A DNA stretch of 64,000 nucleotides, from the NCBI GenBank assembly GCA_963840565.1, contig CAWIZH010000003.1, forward strand, positions 150,210-214,209. The letters are read 5' to 3'. Positions within the stretch are counted from its first letter, which is position 1, and every line of letters starts with the position of its first letter. Under the pieces are notes generated by a model that was not told where the DNA came from, did no database searches, and saw nothing but the letters and a program-made list of their open reading frames with translations. This DNA comes from an uncultured Solirubrobacterales bacterium (GTDB lineage Bacteria > Actinomycetota > Thermoleophilia > Solirubrobacterales > 70-9). Below, in pieces: positions 34,254 through 43,596 of the stretch. The translations under genes and the position numbers were made by a program.

Positions 34254-35692
34254 TCCAGATTGATCATTACATGCTTGATCTCGGTGTAGTCCTCGAGCGC
34301 GTAGACGGAGAGGTCCTTGCCGTAGCCGGACTGCTTGAAGCCGCCGTGCGGCATCTCGGAGACGAGCGGGATGTGATCGTTGATCCAGACGCAGCCGAAC
34401 TCGAGCGCGTTGGCGACCCGCATCGCGCGGCCGACGTCGCGGGTCCAGACCGATGAGGCGAGCCCGTAGCGGGTGCCGTTGGCCCACTCGATCGCCTTCG
34501 CCTCGTCGTCGAACGGCTGCACCGTGATCACCGGGCCGAAGATCTCGTCCTGGATCATCTCGTCGCCCTGCTCGAGGCCGGCGACGACGGCCGGCTCGAG
34601 GAAGAAGCCGGGCAGGTCGGGCTGGACGCCGCCGGTGACGATCTCGGCGTTGCCCGGCTTGCGCTCGAGGAAGCCCTCGACCCGCTCGCGCTGGCGGGCG
34701 GAGTTGAGCGGGCCCAGGGTCGTGTCGGCGGACATCGTGTCGCCGAGGACCAAGCCTTTGGCTTCGCCGGAGAGACCGCTGACGACGTCGTCGTAGACGC
34801 CCTTGGCGGCGAGCACGCGGGTCGCGGCCGTGCAGTCCTGGCCGGCGTTGTAGTAGCCGGTGCCGGCGATCGTCTCCATCGCCGCCTCCATATCGGCGTC
34901 GTCGAAGATCACCACCGGCGCCTTGCCGCCGAGCTCGAGGTGCACGCGCTTCAACGTGTCGGCAGCGGCCTTGGCGATCCACTTGCCGGTTGGGGGCGAG
35001 CCGGTGAGGCAGACCATGCCCACATCGGGATGGGTGACGAGCTCGGCACCGGTCGGATCGCCGTGGCCGCCGATCGCGTTGAAGACGCCGGCGGGCAGGA
35101 TCTCGGCGCACCACTCGGCGAATTGCAGCGTCGCCAAGGGGGTCGTCTCGGCCGGCTTCAGCACCACCGTGTTGCCGGAGGCAAGCGCCGGGCCGATCTT
35201 CCAGATCGCCATCATCAGCGGGTAGTTCCAGGGGGTGATCTGGCCGACCACGCCGATCGGCTCGCGGCGGATGAAGGAGGTGTGGCCCTCCATGTACTCA
35301 CCGGCGGCGCGGCCCTCCATCGTCCGCGCGGCGCCGGCGAAGAAGCGCAGCTGGTCGGCCATCACGCCGATTTCGTCCTCGACCACGGCGCTGCGCGGCT
35401 TGCCCGCGTCGGCGGCTTCGAGGTCGGCGATCTGCTCACCGCGCTCCTCGATCAGGTCGGCCATCCGCAGCAGCGCCCTCGCCCTTTCGCCGGGGGGCGT
35501 CGCGGCCCAGCCCGGAAAGGCACCCTTGGCCGCGGCGACCGCGGCGTCGACGTCGGCCTTGGTCGAGAGCGGCGCCGAGGCGATCACCGAGCCAGTAGCC
35601 GGATTGATCACGTCCTCCATCCCACCCTCAGCCGGATCGACAGCCTCCCCACCAATGAAGTTCCGAAGCTTCGTCTTCTCCGCCGCAGCCAT
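34250..35692 (-). CDS. NAD-dependent aldehyde dehydrogenase (aminobutyraldehyde/betaine-aldehyde type)
   Basis: FIGGE...INPATG, ELGGKAP and the GQDCTA catalytic Cys context; 480 aa. Confidence 0.88.
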   Translation of the reverse strand: MAAAEKTKLRNFIGGEAVDPAEGGMEDVINPATGSVIASAPLSTKADVDAAVAAAKGAFPGWAATPPGERARALLRMADLIEERGEQIADLEAADAGKPRSAVVEDEIGVMADQLRFFAGAARTMEGRAAGEYMEGHTSFIRREPIGVVGQITPWNYPLMMAIWKIGPALASGNTVVLKPAETTPLATLQFAEWCAEILPAGVFNAIGGHGDPTGAELVTHPDVGMVCLTGSPPTGKWIAKAAADTLKRVHLELGGKAPVVIFDDADMEAAMETIAGTGYYNAGQDCTAATRVLAAKGVYDDVVSGLSGEAKGLVLGDTMSADTTLGPLNSARQRERVEGFLERKPGNAEIVTGGVQPDLPGFFLEPAVVAGLEQGDEMIQDEIFGPVITVQPFDDEAKAIEWANGTRYGLASSVWTRDVGRAMRVANALEFGCVWINDHIPLVSEMPHGGFKQSGYGKDLSVYALEDYTEIKHVMINLE

Positions 35693-36885
35693 CAGTCATT
35701 CGCCTCCGCGTGTTGGTGCCGATGGGCCTCAGACGTCCTATATGTGGACGTTTCAGGCCCGTCGGCCGAGATTTCCAGGGCTTGCTCTACTGGGACGCAG
35801 TCCATACCGACGCCTTCGGCTACGGCCGGGTGGGTGACCACGCCGGCGGCGACGTTGACGCCGGGGCGCAGCCCGGGGTCGCGCCGAATTGCACCGGCGA
35901 CGCCCTCGTCGGCGAGGGCGATCGCGTAGGGCAAGGTCGCGTTGGTGAGCGCGTGGGTCGAGGTGATCGGCACCGCGCCGGGCATGTTGGCGACGCAGTA
36001 GTGGGTGATCCCGTCGACCTCGAAGGTCGGGTCCTTGTGCGTGGTCGGGCGCGAGGTCTCGAAGCAGCCGCCCTGGTCGATCGCGACGTCGACCAGCACC
36101 GCGCCGGGCTTCATCAGCGCCAGCTGCTCGCGGCGGACGACGTAGGGCGCGCGGGCACCGTGGACGAGGACGGCGCCGATCACGAGATCGGCGCGGGGCA
36201 GCATCTCCTCGACCGCCAGCGTTGTCGAGAACACGGTCGAGCAGCGGCCGGCGAAGTCGACCTCGAGCTCGCGCAGCCGGTCGATCGACTTGTCGAAGAC
36301 GAAGACGTCGGCCTCCATCCCGATCGCGATGAAGGCGGCGTTCATGCCGACGACGCCGCCGCCGATCACCATCACGTTGGCGGCGGCGACGCCAGGCACG
36401 CCGCCGAGCAAGATTCCGCGGCCGCCGAGCGGCTTCTCGAGCATGAAGGCGCCGGCCTGGGTGGCGATCTTGCCGGCGATCTCGCTCATCGGCGCCAGCA
36501 GCGGCAACCGACCGCGGGCGTCCTCGACCGTCTCGTAGGCGATGCAGGTGGCGCCGGAGTCGCAGAGGCCGCGGGTCAGCTCGGGATCGGGCGCGAGGTG
36601 GAGATACGTAAAGAGGAGCTGGCCGGAGCGCAGCATCGCGACCTCGGGCGGCTGCGGCTCCTTCACCTTGAGCACCATCTCGGCGTTGGCGAAGACGGCG
36701 TCCGCATCGAACAGGATGCGAGCACCCTGGGCCTCGAAGTCGGCATCGGAAATCGCGCTGCCCTCGCCGGCGCCAGCCTCGATCAGCACCTCGTGGCCGT
36801 GCTCAACCAGCTCGCGCACGCCGGCGGGCGTAATAGCGACCCGGTACTCGTCGGGCTTGACCTCGGTCGGGATGCCAACCTTCAT
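35692..36885 (-). CDS. ald: alanine dehydrogenase
   Basis: [23 protein letters not shown]... and [10 protein letters not shown] (NAD fold). The ATG at 36885 lies within the 447-aa ORF. Confidence 0.9.
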   Translation of the reverse strand: MKVGIPTEVKPDEYRVAITPAGVRELVEHGHEVLIEAGAGEGSAISDADFEAQGARILFDADAVFANAEMVLKVKEPQPPEVAMLRSGQLLFTYLHLAPDPELTRGLCDSGATCIAYETVEDARGRLPLLAPMSEIAGKIATQAGAFMLEKPLGGRGILLGGVPGVAAANVMVIGGGVVGMNAAFIAIGMEADVFVFDKSIDRLRELEVDFAGRCSTVFSTTLAVEEMLPRADLVIGAVLVHGARAPYVVRREQLALMKPGAVLVDVAIDQGGCFETSRPTTHKDPTFEVDGITHYCVANMPGAVPITSTHALTNATLPYAIALADEGVAGAIRRDPGLRPGVNVAAGVVTHPAVAEGVGMDCVPVEQALEISADGPETSTYRTSEAHRHQHAEAND

Positions 36886-38438
36886 GCCACCAGCTCCCTC
36901 GCTCGGATTGCCAGCCAGAACTCGATCCGGTCGTGGGCGCGCGAGAGGTCGCGACCGGTCAGCTCCTCGACCCGGCGCATCCGGTAGCGCAGCGTGTGGC
37001 GGTGGCAGTAGACCTCGCGCGCGGCACGCTCCCACTGGCCGTTTTGTTCGATGAAGGCCTCGAGCGAACGCAGCAGCTCCCCCCCGTACTCCTCGTCGCC
37101 CTCCTCGATCGGGCCGAGGACACTGTCGCAGTAGAGCTTCAGCGCCTCGTCATCCTGGATCGAGAGCAGCAGGGTGAAGGCGCCGAGGTCCTTCCAGGAA
37201 GCGACCTCGGGGGCATTGCCGTTGTCGATCGCGGTTGCCTCGAGGGCACAGCGAGCCTCGTGGAAGGAGTGGCGCAGCATCTCCGGCGGGGCGGGGCGGC
37301 TGGCGGCGGCGCGGACGGTGCCGCGGTCGACGGTGAGCGCCTTGCGGGCGTCGGCGGCGAGGTCGACCGGGTCGCGGTCGGCGGCGTCGACGACGGCGCA
37401 GAGCAGCTCGCGGCGGCCGCTGGCGTGCGGTGCGACCACCGCCGGGCAGGCATCGGCGGCGAGGGCGCGCTCCAGGACCGACTCGGCCGCGGCGGGATCG
37501 TCGACGTCGAAGACGAGGACAGCCGCTTCGTCGCCGATGCCGAAGGGCTCGAGGCGACGGCGCAGCTCCGAGGGCTCCAACCGCCCGCCCAGCGCCCCGG
37601 CGAGGACATCGCCGGCGAGGCGCCGCTCGGTCTCGCTGGCGACGCGGCGGCGCATCAGCTCGAGCGCGACGACGGCGACGGCCTGCTGCAGGATCAGCCG
37701 CTCGAAATCGCCAAGGCCGCCCGAGTCGCGGACGATCACCACCCAGGCCTGCGGCGGGCCGCCACCGGGCGAGATCACCGGGTGGGCGAGGGCGCGACCG
37801 GCGACAGCCGGATGGGCGGGAACGAAGGGGTGGCCGTCGGCGGTGTGCGAGAGCGCTTCCTGGCGGATCGCCTTCACCGCCTCGGCCGAGAGCTCGCGGC
37901 GGAAGCCCTGTCCGGCGAGGCGCTCGCCACGGCCGCCGAGGATCGCCACCGTGCCGCCGACCGCGGAGGCGATGGTCGCCACGATCTCCTCCAGGCCGCG
38001 CTCTTCGAGGACCAGGCGCTCGAGCCGACGCTGCACGGCGATGCCGCGCTGCAGCACCTCGTACTGCTCGTTGACGAGGCGGGCGAAGGCCTTCTCGGTG
38101 ATCGCGATGAACGGGGTCGAGTAGGGCACCTCGAAGAGCGGGAAGCCCCGCTTCTTCGCCTCTTCGGCCAGGGCTTTCGGAATCTTGTCGTGGTTGAAGC
38201 CGGTGCCGAAGCCGAGCCCTGCGAGGTTGTGGTCGGCGAGCAGGCCGACGAAGGCACGCTGTTTTGCCGCCGTGACGAGCGGGATCCCGGTGGTCAGCAT
38301 CAGCTCGCCGCCCGAGAGCCACGGGGTCGGGTCCTCCAACTCGGAGATGTGGACCCAGCGCACCGGGGCCTCGGCGGCCTGGGTACCAGCGGAAAGCTCG
38401 AGGTCGAGCTCATCGAGCAGGCTTTGGACGGTGAGCAT
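36882..38438 (-). CDS. PucR-family transcriptional regulator
   Basis: N-terminal purine-catabolism-regulator-like domain (VRWVHISELEDPTPWLSGGELMLTTG) and the C-terminal HTH LYCHRHTLRYRMRRVEELTG. Confidence 0.85.
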   Translation of the reverse strand: MLTVQSLLDELDLELSAGTQAAEAPVRWVHISELEDPTPWLSGGELMLTTGIPLVTAAKQRAFVGLLADHNLAGLGFGTGFNHDKIPKALAEEAKKRGFPLFEVPYSTPFIAITEKAFARLVNEQYEVLQRGIAVQRRLERLVLEERGLEEIVATIASAVGGTVAILGGRGERLAGQGFRRELSAEAVKAIRQEALSHTADGHPFVPAHPAVAGRALAHPVISPGGGPPQAWVVIVRDSGGLGDFERLILQQAVAVVALELMRRRVASETERRLAGDVLAGALGGRLEPSELRRRLEPFGIGDEAAVLVFDVDDPAAAESVLERALAADACPAVVAPHASGRRELLCAVVDAADRDPVDLAADARKALTVDRGTVRAAASRPAPPEMLRHSFHEARCALEATAIDNGNAPEVASWKDLGAFTLLLSIQDDEALKLYCDSVLGPIEEGDEEYGGELLRSLEAFIEQNGQWERAAREVYCHRHTLRYRMRRVEELTGRDLSRAHDRIEFWLAIRARELVA

Positions 38439-38446
38439 CCAGCGGC

Positions 38447-39829
38447 CTATCTGCGGACCCGCTCCCAGGCCTCGCTGAGCACGCCGTGGAGGACGTCGTG
38501 GATCTCTTCGAACTGCTCCGTGTCGGCGATCAGCGGCGGCGCCAGCTGGACCACCGGGTCGCCGCGGTCGTCGGCGCGGCAGATCAGCCCGCGTTTGTAG
38601 AGCTCGCCGGAGAGGAAGCCGCGCAGCAGATCCTCGGACTCCTCGTCGTCGAAGCTCTCCTTGGTCTCGCGGTCCTTGACCAGCTCGATCGCCTGGAAGT
38701 AGCCGGCGCCGCGCACGTCGCCGACGATCGGCAGGTCGTAGAGGCTCTCCAGCATCTGGCGGAACTCGCCCTCCTTGGCGAGCACGTGGCCGCAGAGGTC
38801 CTCGCGCTCGAAGATGTCGAGGTTGGCCATCGCCATCGCCGAGGCCAGCGGGTGGCCGGCGAAGGTGAAGCCGTGGGCGAAGGAGGCATCGCCCTCCATG
38901 AATGGGGAGGCGACGGCGTCGGAGGCGATCAGAGCGCCCATCGGCGCGTAGGCCGAGGTCAGCGCCTTGGCGACGGTGATGATGTCGGGCTCGTAGCCGA
39001 AGCGTTCGCAGCCGAAGTAGTGGCCGAGCCGGCCCCAGGCGCAGATCACCTCGTCGGAGATCATCAGCACGTCGTAGCGGTCGCAGATCTCGCGCACCCG
39101 CTCGAAGTAGCCGTCCGGCGGAACGATGCAGCCGCCCGCGTTCTGGACCGGCTCGAGGATCACCGCTGCGACCGTCTCCGGGCCCTCGAACTGGATCCGC
39201 TCCTCGATCGCGGTCGCCGCCCAGAGCGGGTGGCGGTCTTCCGGCCAGCGGTAGATGTTGGTGTTGGGAACGTGGCAGCCGCCGGGGACGAGCGGCTCGA
39301 ACTGCGAGCGCAGCTCGGTGATGCCGGTCGCGGAGAGGGCCCCAAGCGAGGTGCCGTGGTAGGCGATCTCGCGGGCGATCACCTTGTGCTTCTGGCCTTT
39401 GCCGAGCGCCCGGTGATAGTTGCGGGCGAGCTTCAGCGCCGACTCGACCGACTCCGAGCCACCGGAGGTGAAGAAGACGCGGTTGAGCTCGCCGGGGGCA
39501 AGCGAGGCGAGCCGGGCGGCAAGTTCGATCGCGCGCGGGTGGGCGTAGCTCCAGAGCGTGTAGAAGTCGAGCTCATCGACCTGGCGCGCCGCCGCTTCGC
39601 CGAGCTCGGTGCGACCGTGGCCGGCGTTGACGCAGAAGAGGCCGGAGAGGCCGTCGAGGTAGCGCTTGCCCTTGTCGTCGTAGACGTAACAGCCCTCAGC
39701 GCGAGTGATGATCGGGATCTCGTGCCCGGGCCCGTAAGAGCCCATTCGCGAGAAGTGCATCCAGAGATGTCGCTGGGCAAGCTCCTGCAGGCTCGTACTG
39801 ACCTCCGGGCCTGACGATGCGACGGCCAT
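38447..39829 (-). CDS. class III (omega) aminotransferase
   Basis: LFCVNAGHGR, SGGSESVESALKLAR and DEVICAWGRLG motifs. The ATG at 39829 is preceded by GAGGAGA. Confidence 0.88.
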   Translation of the reverse strand: MAVASSGPEVSTSLQELAQRHLWMHFSRMGSYGPGHEIPIITRAEGCYVYDDKGKRYLDGLSGLFCVNAGHGRTELGEAAARQVDELDFYTLWSYAHPRAIELAARLASLAPGELNRVFFTSGGSESVESALKLARNYHRALGKGQKHKVIAREIAYHGTSLGALSATGITELRSQFEPLVPGGCHVPNTNIYRWPEDRHPLWAATAIEERIQFEGPETVAAVILEPVQNAGGCIVPPDGYFERVREICDRYDVLMISDEVICAWGRLGHYFGCERFGYEPDIITVAKALTSAYAPMGALIASDAVASPFMEGDASFAHGFTFAGHPLASAMAMANLDIFEREDLCGHVLAKEGEFRQMLESLYDLPIVGDVRGAGYFQAIELVKDRETKESFDDEESEDLLRGFLSGELYKRGLICRADDRGDPVVQLAPPLIADTEQFEEIHDVLHGVLSEAWERVRR

Positions 39830-39910
39830 CTCATTCTCCTCTCGGGCTACGACGATATGGACAACGCTAGAACTGGTATAGCGCACTTGCAATGTTCACT
39901 AGGGCAAGTC

Positions 39911-39926
39911 ACAAGCGTTCGCTTGT
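39911..39926. promoter_or_regulatory. 16-bp perfect palindrome ACAAGCGTTCGCTTGT in the divergent aminotransferase/permease spacer (candidate operator)
   Basis: The palindrome is seen directly. It sits in the only promoter region for the PucR-associated cluster and the permease. Confidence 0.4.
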
Positions 39927-40047
39927 ACTAACTGGACAAATGAACGGCTCGCTTTTGGGACATTTGCCACTTGTGCAGATTGACCGACAGGCCTAGTTTC
40001 AAACTGTCGCTGCGGACAGCACGCGGCAAGCCGACGGAAGGAGAAGG

Positions 40048-41595
40048 ATGGAGAGTGCAGCGGTTCCCGCTCCAGGTTCGCAAGATCCCGTCGCGCCGCC
40101 TGCCGGCAGTACCGCCGACAAGGGGCTGAAGAAGAACGCGATCGGCTTCGTCTCCAGTGTCGTGATCGGGGTTGCCTCGACCGCGCCCGGCTACAGCCTC
40201 GCCGCGACGCTGGGCTTCGTCGCCGCCGCTGTCGCCCTGCAGTCACCGGCGATCCTGCTGGTCAGCTTCATCCCGATGTTCCTCGTCGCCGGCGGTTACT
40301 ACTACATGAACAAGGCCGATCCGGACTGCGGCACCAGCTTCTCCTGGGTGACCAAGGCGATGGGGCCGCAGCTGGGCTGGCTGGCCGGCTGGGCGATCGT
40401 CGTCGCCGACATCATCGTGATGGCCAACCTGGCCCAGATCGCCGGCCTCTATACCTTCCTCCTCTTCGGCATCGAAGCTTCGACCTTCGCGGTGACCGTC
40501 GTCGGCGTCCTCTGGATCGTCCTGATGACGGCGATCGTCGTGATCGGGATCGAGCTCTCCGCCCGAACCCAGGTCGGCCTGCTCGCGGCTGAGATATTCA
40601 CGCTGGCGTTGTTCGCGATCGTCGCCTTGGTCAAGGTCTACGCAGGCGGAGCGCCCTCGGGCTCGGTCCACCCGAGCCTCTCTTGGATCAACCCGTTCTC
40701 GCTCAGCCCCAGCGAGATCTCGGCCGGGATGCTGCTCGCGGTCTTCATCTACTGGGGCTGGGACACCACGGCGACGGTCAACGAGGAGACCGAGGATCCC
40801 GGCGAGGCGCCGGGCAGGGCAACCGTGATCAGCACCCTGATCCTGCTCGGCATCTACTTGATCGTCGCGATCGCGGCACAGGCCTACGCGGGTGTCGACG
40901 CCCTCGTCGCCAACCAGGAAGACGTGCTCAGCTCGCTCGGCACCGAAGTCTTCGGCTCGCCGCTGGACAAGATCTTGATCATCGCCGTGCTCAGCTCCGC
41001 GGCGGCATCGACTCAGACCACGATCCTGCCCACGGCCCGCACGACGCTATCGATGGCCCGTGCACACGCGATGCCGGAGAGCCTCGGCAAGGTCCACCCC
41101 CGTTACCTGACGCCGCACGTCTCGACGATCCTGATGGGGGGGCTCTCGATCCTCTGGTACGTCGGCCTGACGCTCTTCAGCGAAGACATCCTCTTCGACT
41201 CGCTCGCCGCGCTCGGCCTGATGATCGCCTTCTACATCGGCATCACCGGCTTCGCCTGCACGATCTACTACCGGCGCGAGCTGATGCGCAGCATCAAGAA
41301 CTTCTTCTTCATCGGCGTCGGCCCCACCGTGGGCGGCGCGATCCTCTTCTACCTGCTGATCAAGAACGGGATCGAACTCTCCGATCCGGCCAACTCGGAA
41401 TCGGGCAACTCCTGGTTTGGAATTGGCCCGCCGCTCGTGATCGCCGTCTTCTTCCTCTTGCTCGGGATCTTCCTGATGGTGATCCAATGGCGCAAGGTCC
41501 CGAGCTTCTTCCGCAGACGTCCCGAGGTCGTCCCGGCCGGCTTCCTCGAGGGCGAAGCGCCACCGCCCGGACCAACTGGATCGGAGGGGGTCTGA
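40048..41595 (+). CDS. APC-superfamily amino acid/polyamine permease
   Basis: About 12 hydrophobic segments, 515 aa, with a GGAAGGAG RBS. Confidence 0.85.
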   Translation: MESAAVPAPGSQDPVAPPAGSTADKGLKKNAIGFVSSVVIGVASTAPGYSLAATLGFVAAAVALQSPAILLVSFIPMFLVAGGYYYMNKADPDCGTSFSWVTKAMGPQLGWLAGWAIVVADIIVMANLAQIAGLYTFLLFGIEASTFAVTVVGVLWIVLMTAIVVIGIELSARTQVGLLAAEIFTLALFAIVALVKVYAGGAPSGSVHPSLSWINPFSLSPSEISAGMLLAVFIYWGWDTTATVNEETEDPGEAPGRATVISTLILLGIYLIVAIAAQAYAGVDALVANQEDVLSSLGTEVFGSPLDKILIIAVLSSAAASTQTTILPTARTTLSMARAHAMPESLGKVHPRYLTPHVSTILMGGLSILWYVGLTLFSEDILFDSLAALGLMIAFYIGITGFACTIYYRRELMRSIKNFFFIGVGPTVGGAILFYLLIKNGIELSDPANSESGNSWFGIGPPLVIAVFFLLLGIFLMVIQWRKVPSFFRRRPEVVPAGFLEGEAPPPGPTGSEGV

Positions 41596-41596
41596 G

Positions 41597-42016
41597 ATGG
41601 GATCGATAGTCGTCGGGTATGACGATTCAGATTGCGGCAAGGCGGCTCTCGACGCCGCGGCCGAGCTGGCCAAGGGCCTCGGCGATGGCATCGTCGTCGT
41701 CTTCGGCTACGCGCCACCGGGGATCTGGGGAGGCGAGATTGCCGGGCACGAGGAAGCGATTGAGGAACTTGGAGCCAAGATGATGGAGGAAGCAAAGCGG
41801 CGCGCTGCGGAGCATGGCATCGAGGCCGAGGTGGAGATGGTCGCGAAGCGGGGGACGGAGGCCTTGGTCCAGGTTGCCGATGCCCGCGATGCGCGGATGA
41901 TCGTCGTCGGCAGCTATGGGGATCCGCCGTTGAAGGGCGTGATCGTTGGGTCGACCCCGACGAAGTTGCTGCACTTGGCCGAGCGGCCGGTGCTGGTGGT
42001 TCCTGCAAAGGCGTAG
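41597..42016 (+). CDS. universal stress protein (UspA family)
   Basis: IVVGYDDSD...VVGSYGDPPLKGVIVGSTPTKLLHLAERPVLVVP. Confidence 0.85.
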   Translation: MGSIVVGYDDSDCGKAALDAAAELAKGLGDGIVVVFGYAPPGIWGGEIAGHEEAIEELGAKMMEEAKRRAAEHGIEAEVEMVAKRGTEALVQVADARDARMIVVGSYGDPPLKGVIVGSTPTKLLHLAERPVLVVPAKA

Positions 42017-42017
42017 G

Positions 42018-42092
42018 GGAGGGCGGAAGTCCCTCGCCCAGACCCGCTCGCTTCGCTCGCTCAAGTGTCTGGGCGAGGGACTTCCGCCCTCC
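42018..42092. repeat. family-B conserved-core hairpin element, copy 1
   Basis: GGAGGGCGGAAGTCCCTCGCCCAGAC | CCGCTCGCTTCGCTCGCTCAAGT | GTCTGGGCGAGGGACTTCCGCCCTCC. The arms are 26 bp and perfect. It is wedged between two convergent TAG stops. Confidence 0.88.
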
Positions 42093-43489
42093 TAGCGGCC
42101 GATGTGGAAGCCGATCAGCTCTGGGATGCGAGCGAGCAGAGAGCTGATCGGGTCGGGCCTGCGGCCACGGAGCTCAGCTGACTCCTTGCGTATGAGGCCG
42201 GCTCGGATTGCCTCGCCGCCTATCCAGTGGAAGGGCTCGGGGGGCAACGCCGGCGTGGAAGGGTCGACGAAAGCCAAGCGGGAATGGTCGTCGTTGCGGC
42301 CGAGAGCCAGGGAGGCGAGGGTTCGGCCGACCATGTGGGATGGGCCTACTCCGTTGCCGGTGTAGCCAGCCGCCACGAAGGCGTGGTTGCCGCGCAGGGG
42401 CAGGACCAAGGGGAGGTGGGTTGGCGAGGCGTCGATCGGGCCTCCCCAGGCGTGGGTTATGGCGCGGCCCTCGAGGCCGGGGAAGTAGTCCCATAGGTGC
42501 TTAGCGGTGAGGGAGACGACCTCTGCGTCCAGCTCGGTGTTGCCGTGCAGGCGGGCGCCCATGCCGATGTGGCCGCCGCCCCAGCCGAAAGCGATGCGGC
42601 CGTCAGGCGTGGTGCGGAAATAGTTGATCAGGGCGCGGCTATCGGTGATGCACTCGCCCCCCGTCCAGCCGATCTCCTCGAGCAGCTCGGGCACCGGCTC
42701 GGTGAGGACGATGTGCGACGAGGCGACCGAGAGCCGGTTGTGCAATGGCCCGCCCGCCGACTTGGCAGCGGCGCCGACGGCAAGCACGGTGCGCTGCGCC
42801 CGGACAACTCCCCCGGCGGTAAGTACTTCAACGCCGGTCCACGAGCCGACGACCTTGCTCACCGGCGAGCGCTCGAACACCTCGACCCCGCTTGCCCGCA
42901 GTCGCTCGCGCAGCCCCAGCGCCAACCGCGCCGGCTGCACGGTTGCGGCCTTCGAGTAATAGGCCCCACCTCTGAATGCAGGCGAGGCACAGTGCTCCGC
43001 TACCTGCGTCGGAGAGAGCGGCTGGATCGCATCCTCCGCCCCAAGCTCCCGACAAGCATCGAGCGCCTTCCCCCAAACCGCATCGTGCGCCTCGGCAGTG
43101 GAGACCTGGAGGTAGCCGCCATGCGTGTACCAAGCATCGACCCCCTCGCTCTCACAGAACTCACCAATCCCAACCGCAGCCTCTTCCGCCGCCCGGGCCA
43201 CCGCCAGCGCCCCCTCATCACCCCACCGCTCACGCATGCTCGCCAGCGAAAACCACATCAGGTTGCAGAACCCCCCATTCCGCCCACTGGGCCCAAACCC
43301 ACACCGATCGGCCTCGAGCAAAACCACCGACGCCTCAGGCTCGAGCTGCTTTACATGCCAGGCAGCCCACATCCCGGTGTAGCCACCCCCAACGATGACC
43401 ACATCCGCATCTCGCTCCCCCACAAGCTCCGGAGCAACCTCCACATCCGGGGCCTCCTCAAGCCAGTACCCGTGAGCATCGTGCTTCAC
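42092..43489 (-). CDS. FAD-dependent oxidoreductase (DAO/glycine-oxidase-like)
   Basis: The dinucleotide fold VVIVGGGYTGMWAAW. The GTG at 43489 was chosen because the ATG-43585 extension is a translation of repeat copy A3. Confidence 0.75.
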   Translation of the reverse strand: MKHDAHGYWLEEAPDVEVAPELVGERDADVVIVGGGYTGMWAAWHVKQLEPEASVVLLEADRCGFGPSGRNGGFCNLMWFSLASMRERWGDEGALAVARAAEEAAVGIGEFCESEGVDAWYTHGGYLQVSTAEAHDAVWGKALDACRELGAEDAIQPLSPTQVAEHCASPAFRGGAYYSKAATVQPARLALGLRERLRASGVEVFERSPVSKVVGSWTGVEVLTAGGVVRAQRTVLAVGAAAKSAGGPLHNRLSVASSHIVLTEPVPELLEEIGWTGGECITDSRALINYFRTTPDGRIAFGWGGGHIGMGARLHGNTELDAEVVSLTAKHLWDYFPGLEGRAITHAWGGPIDASPTHLPLVLPLRGNHAFVAAGYTGNGVGPSHMVGRTLASLALGRNDDHSRLAFVDPSTPALPPEPFHWIGGEAIRAGLIRKESAELRGRRPDPISSLLARIPELIGFHIGR

Positions 43490-43504
43490 GAACCCGAGTC
43501 TGCC

Positions 43505-43582
43505 AGGACGCACGGGCGGGGTCCCCAGGACACTCAAGAGCGGCTCCTGCCGCTCGTCCTGGGGACCCCGCCCGTGCGTCCT
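43505..43582. repeat. family-A conserved-core hairpin element, copy 3
   Basis: AGGACGCACGGGCGGGGTCCCCAGGAC | ACTCAAGAGCGGCTCCTGCCGCTC | GTCCTGGGGACCCCGCCCGTGCGTCCT. The arms are 27 bp and perfect, and the core is identical to copy 2. Confidence 0.88.
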
Positions 43583-43596
43583 CATACACTCCTGGC

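Noticed and set aside
25261-43582. Whether the family-A elements are integron attC sites, given the AAAC...GTTT bases flanking the core that resemble R''/R' boxes, and their position just after stop codons.
   Set aside because: In attC sites the conserved RYYYAAC/GTTRRRY boxes are at the outer ends and the centre is variable; here it is the reverse. The copies are scattered among housekeeping genes in mixed orientations, with no cassette array and no integrase.
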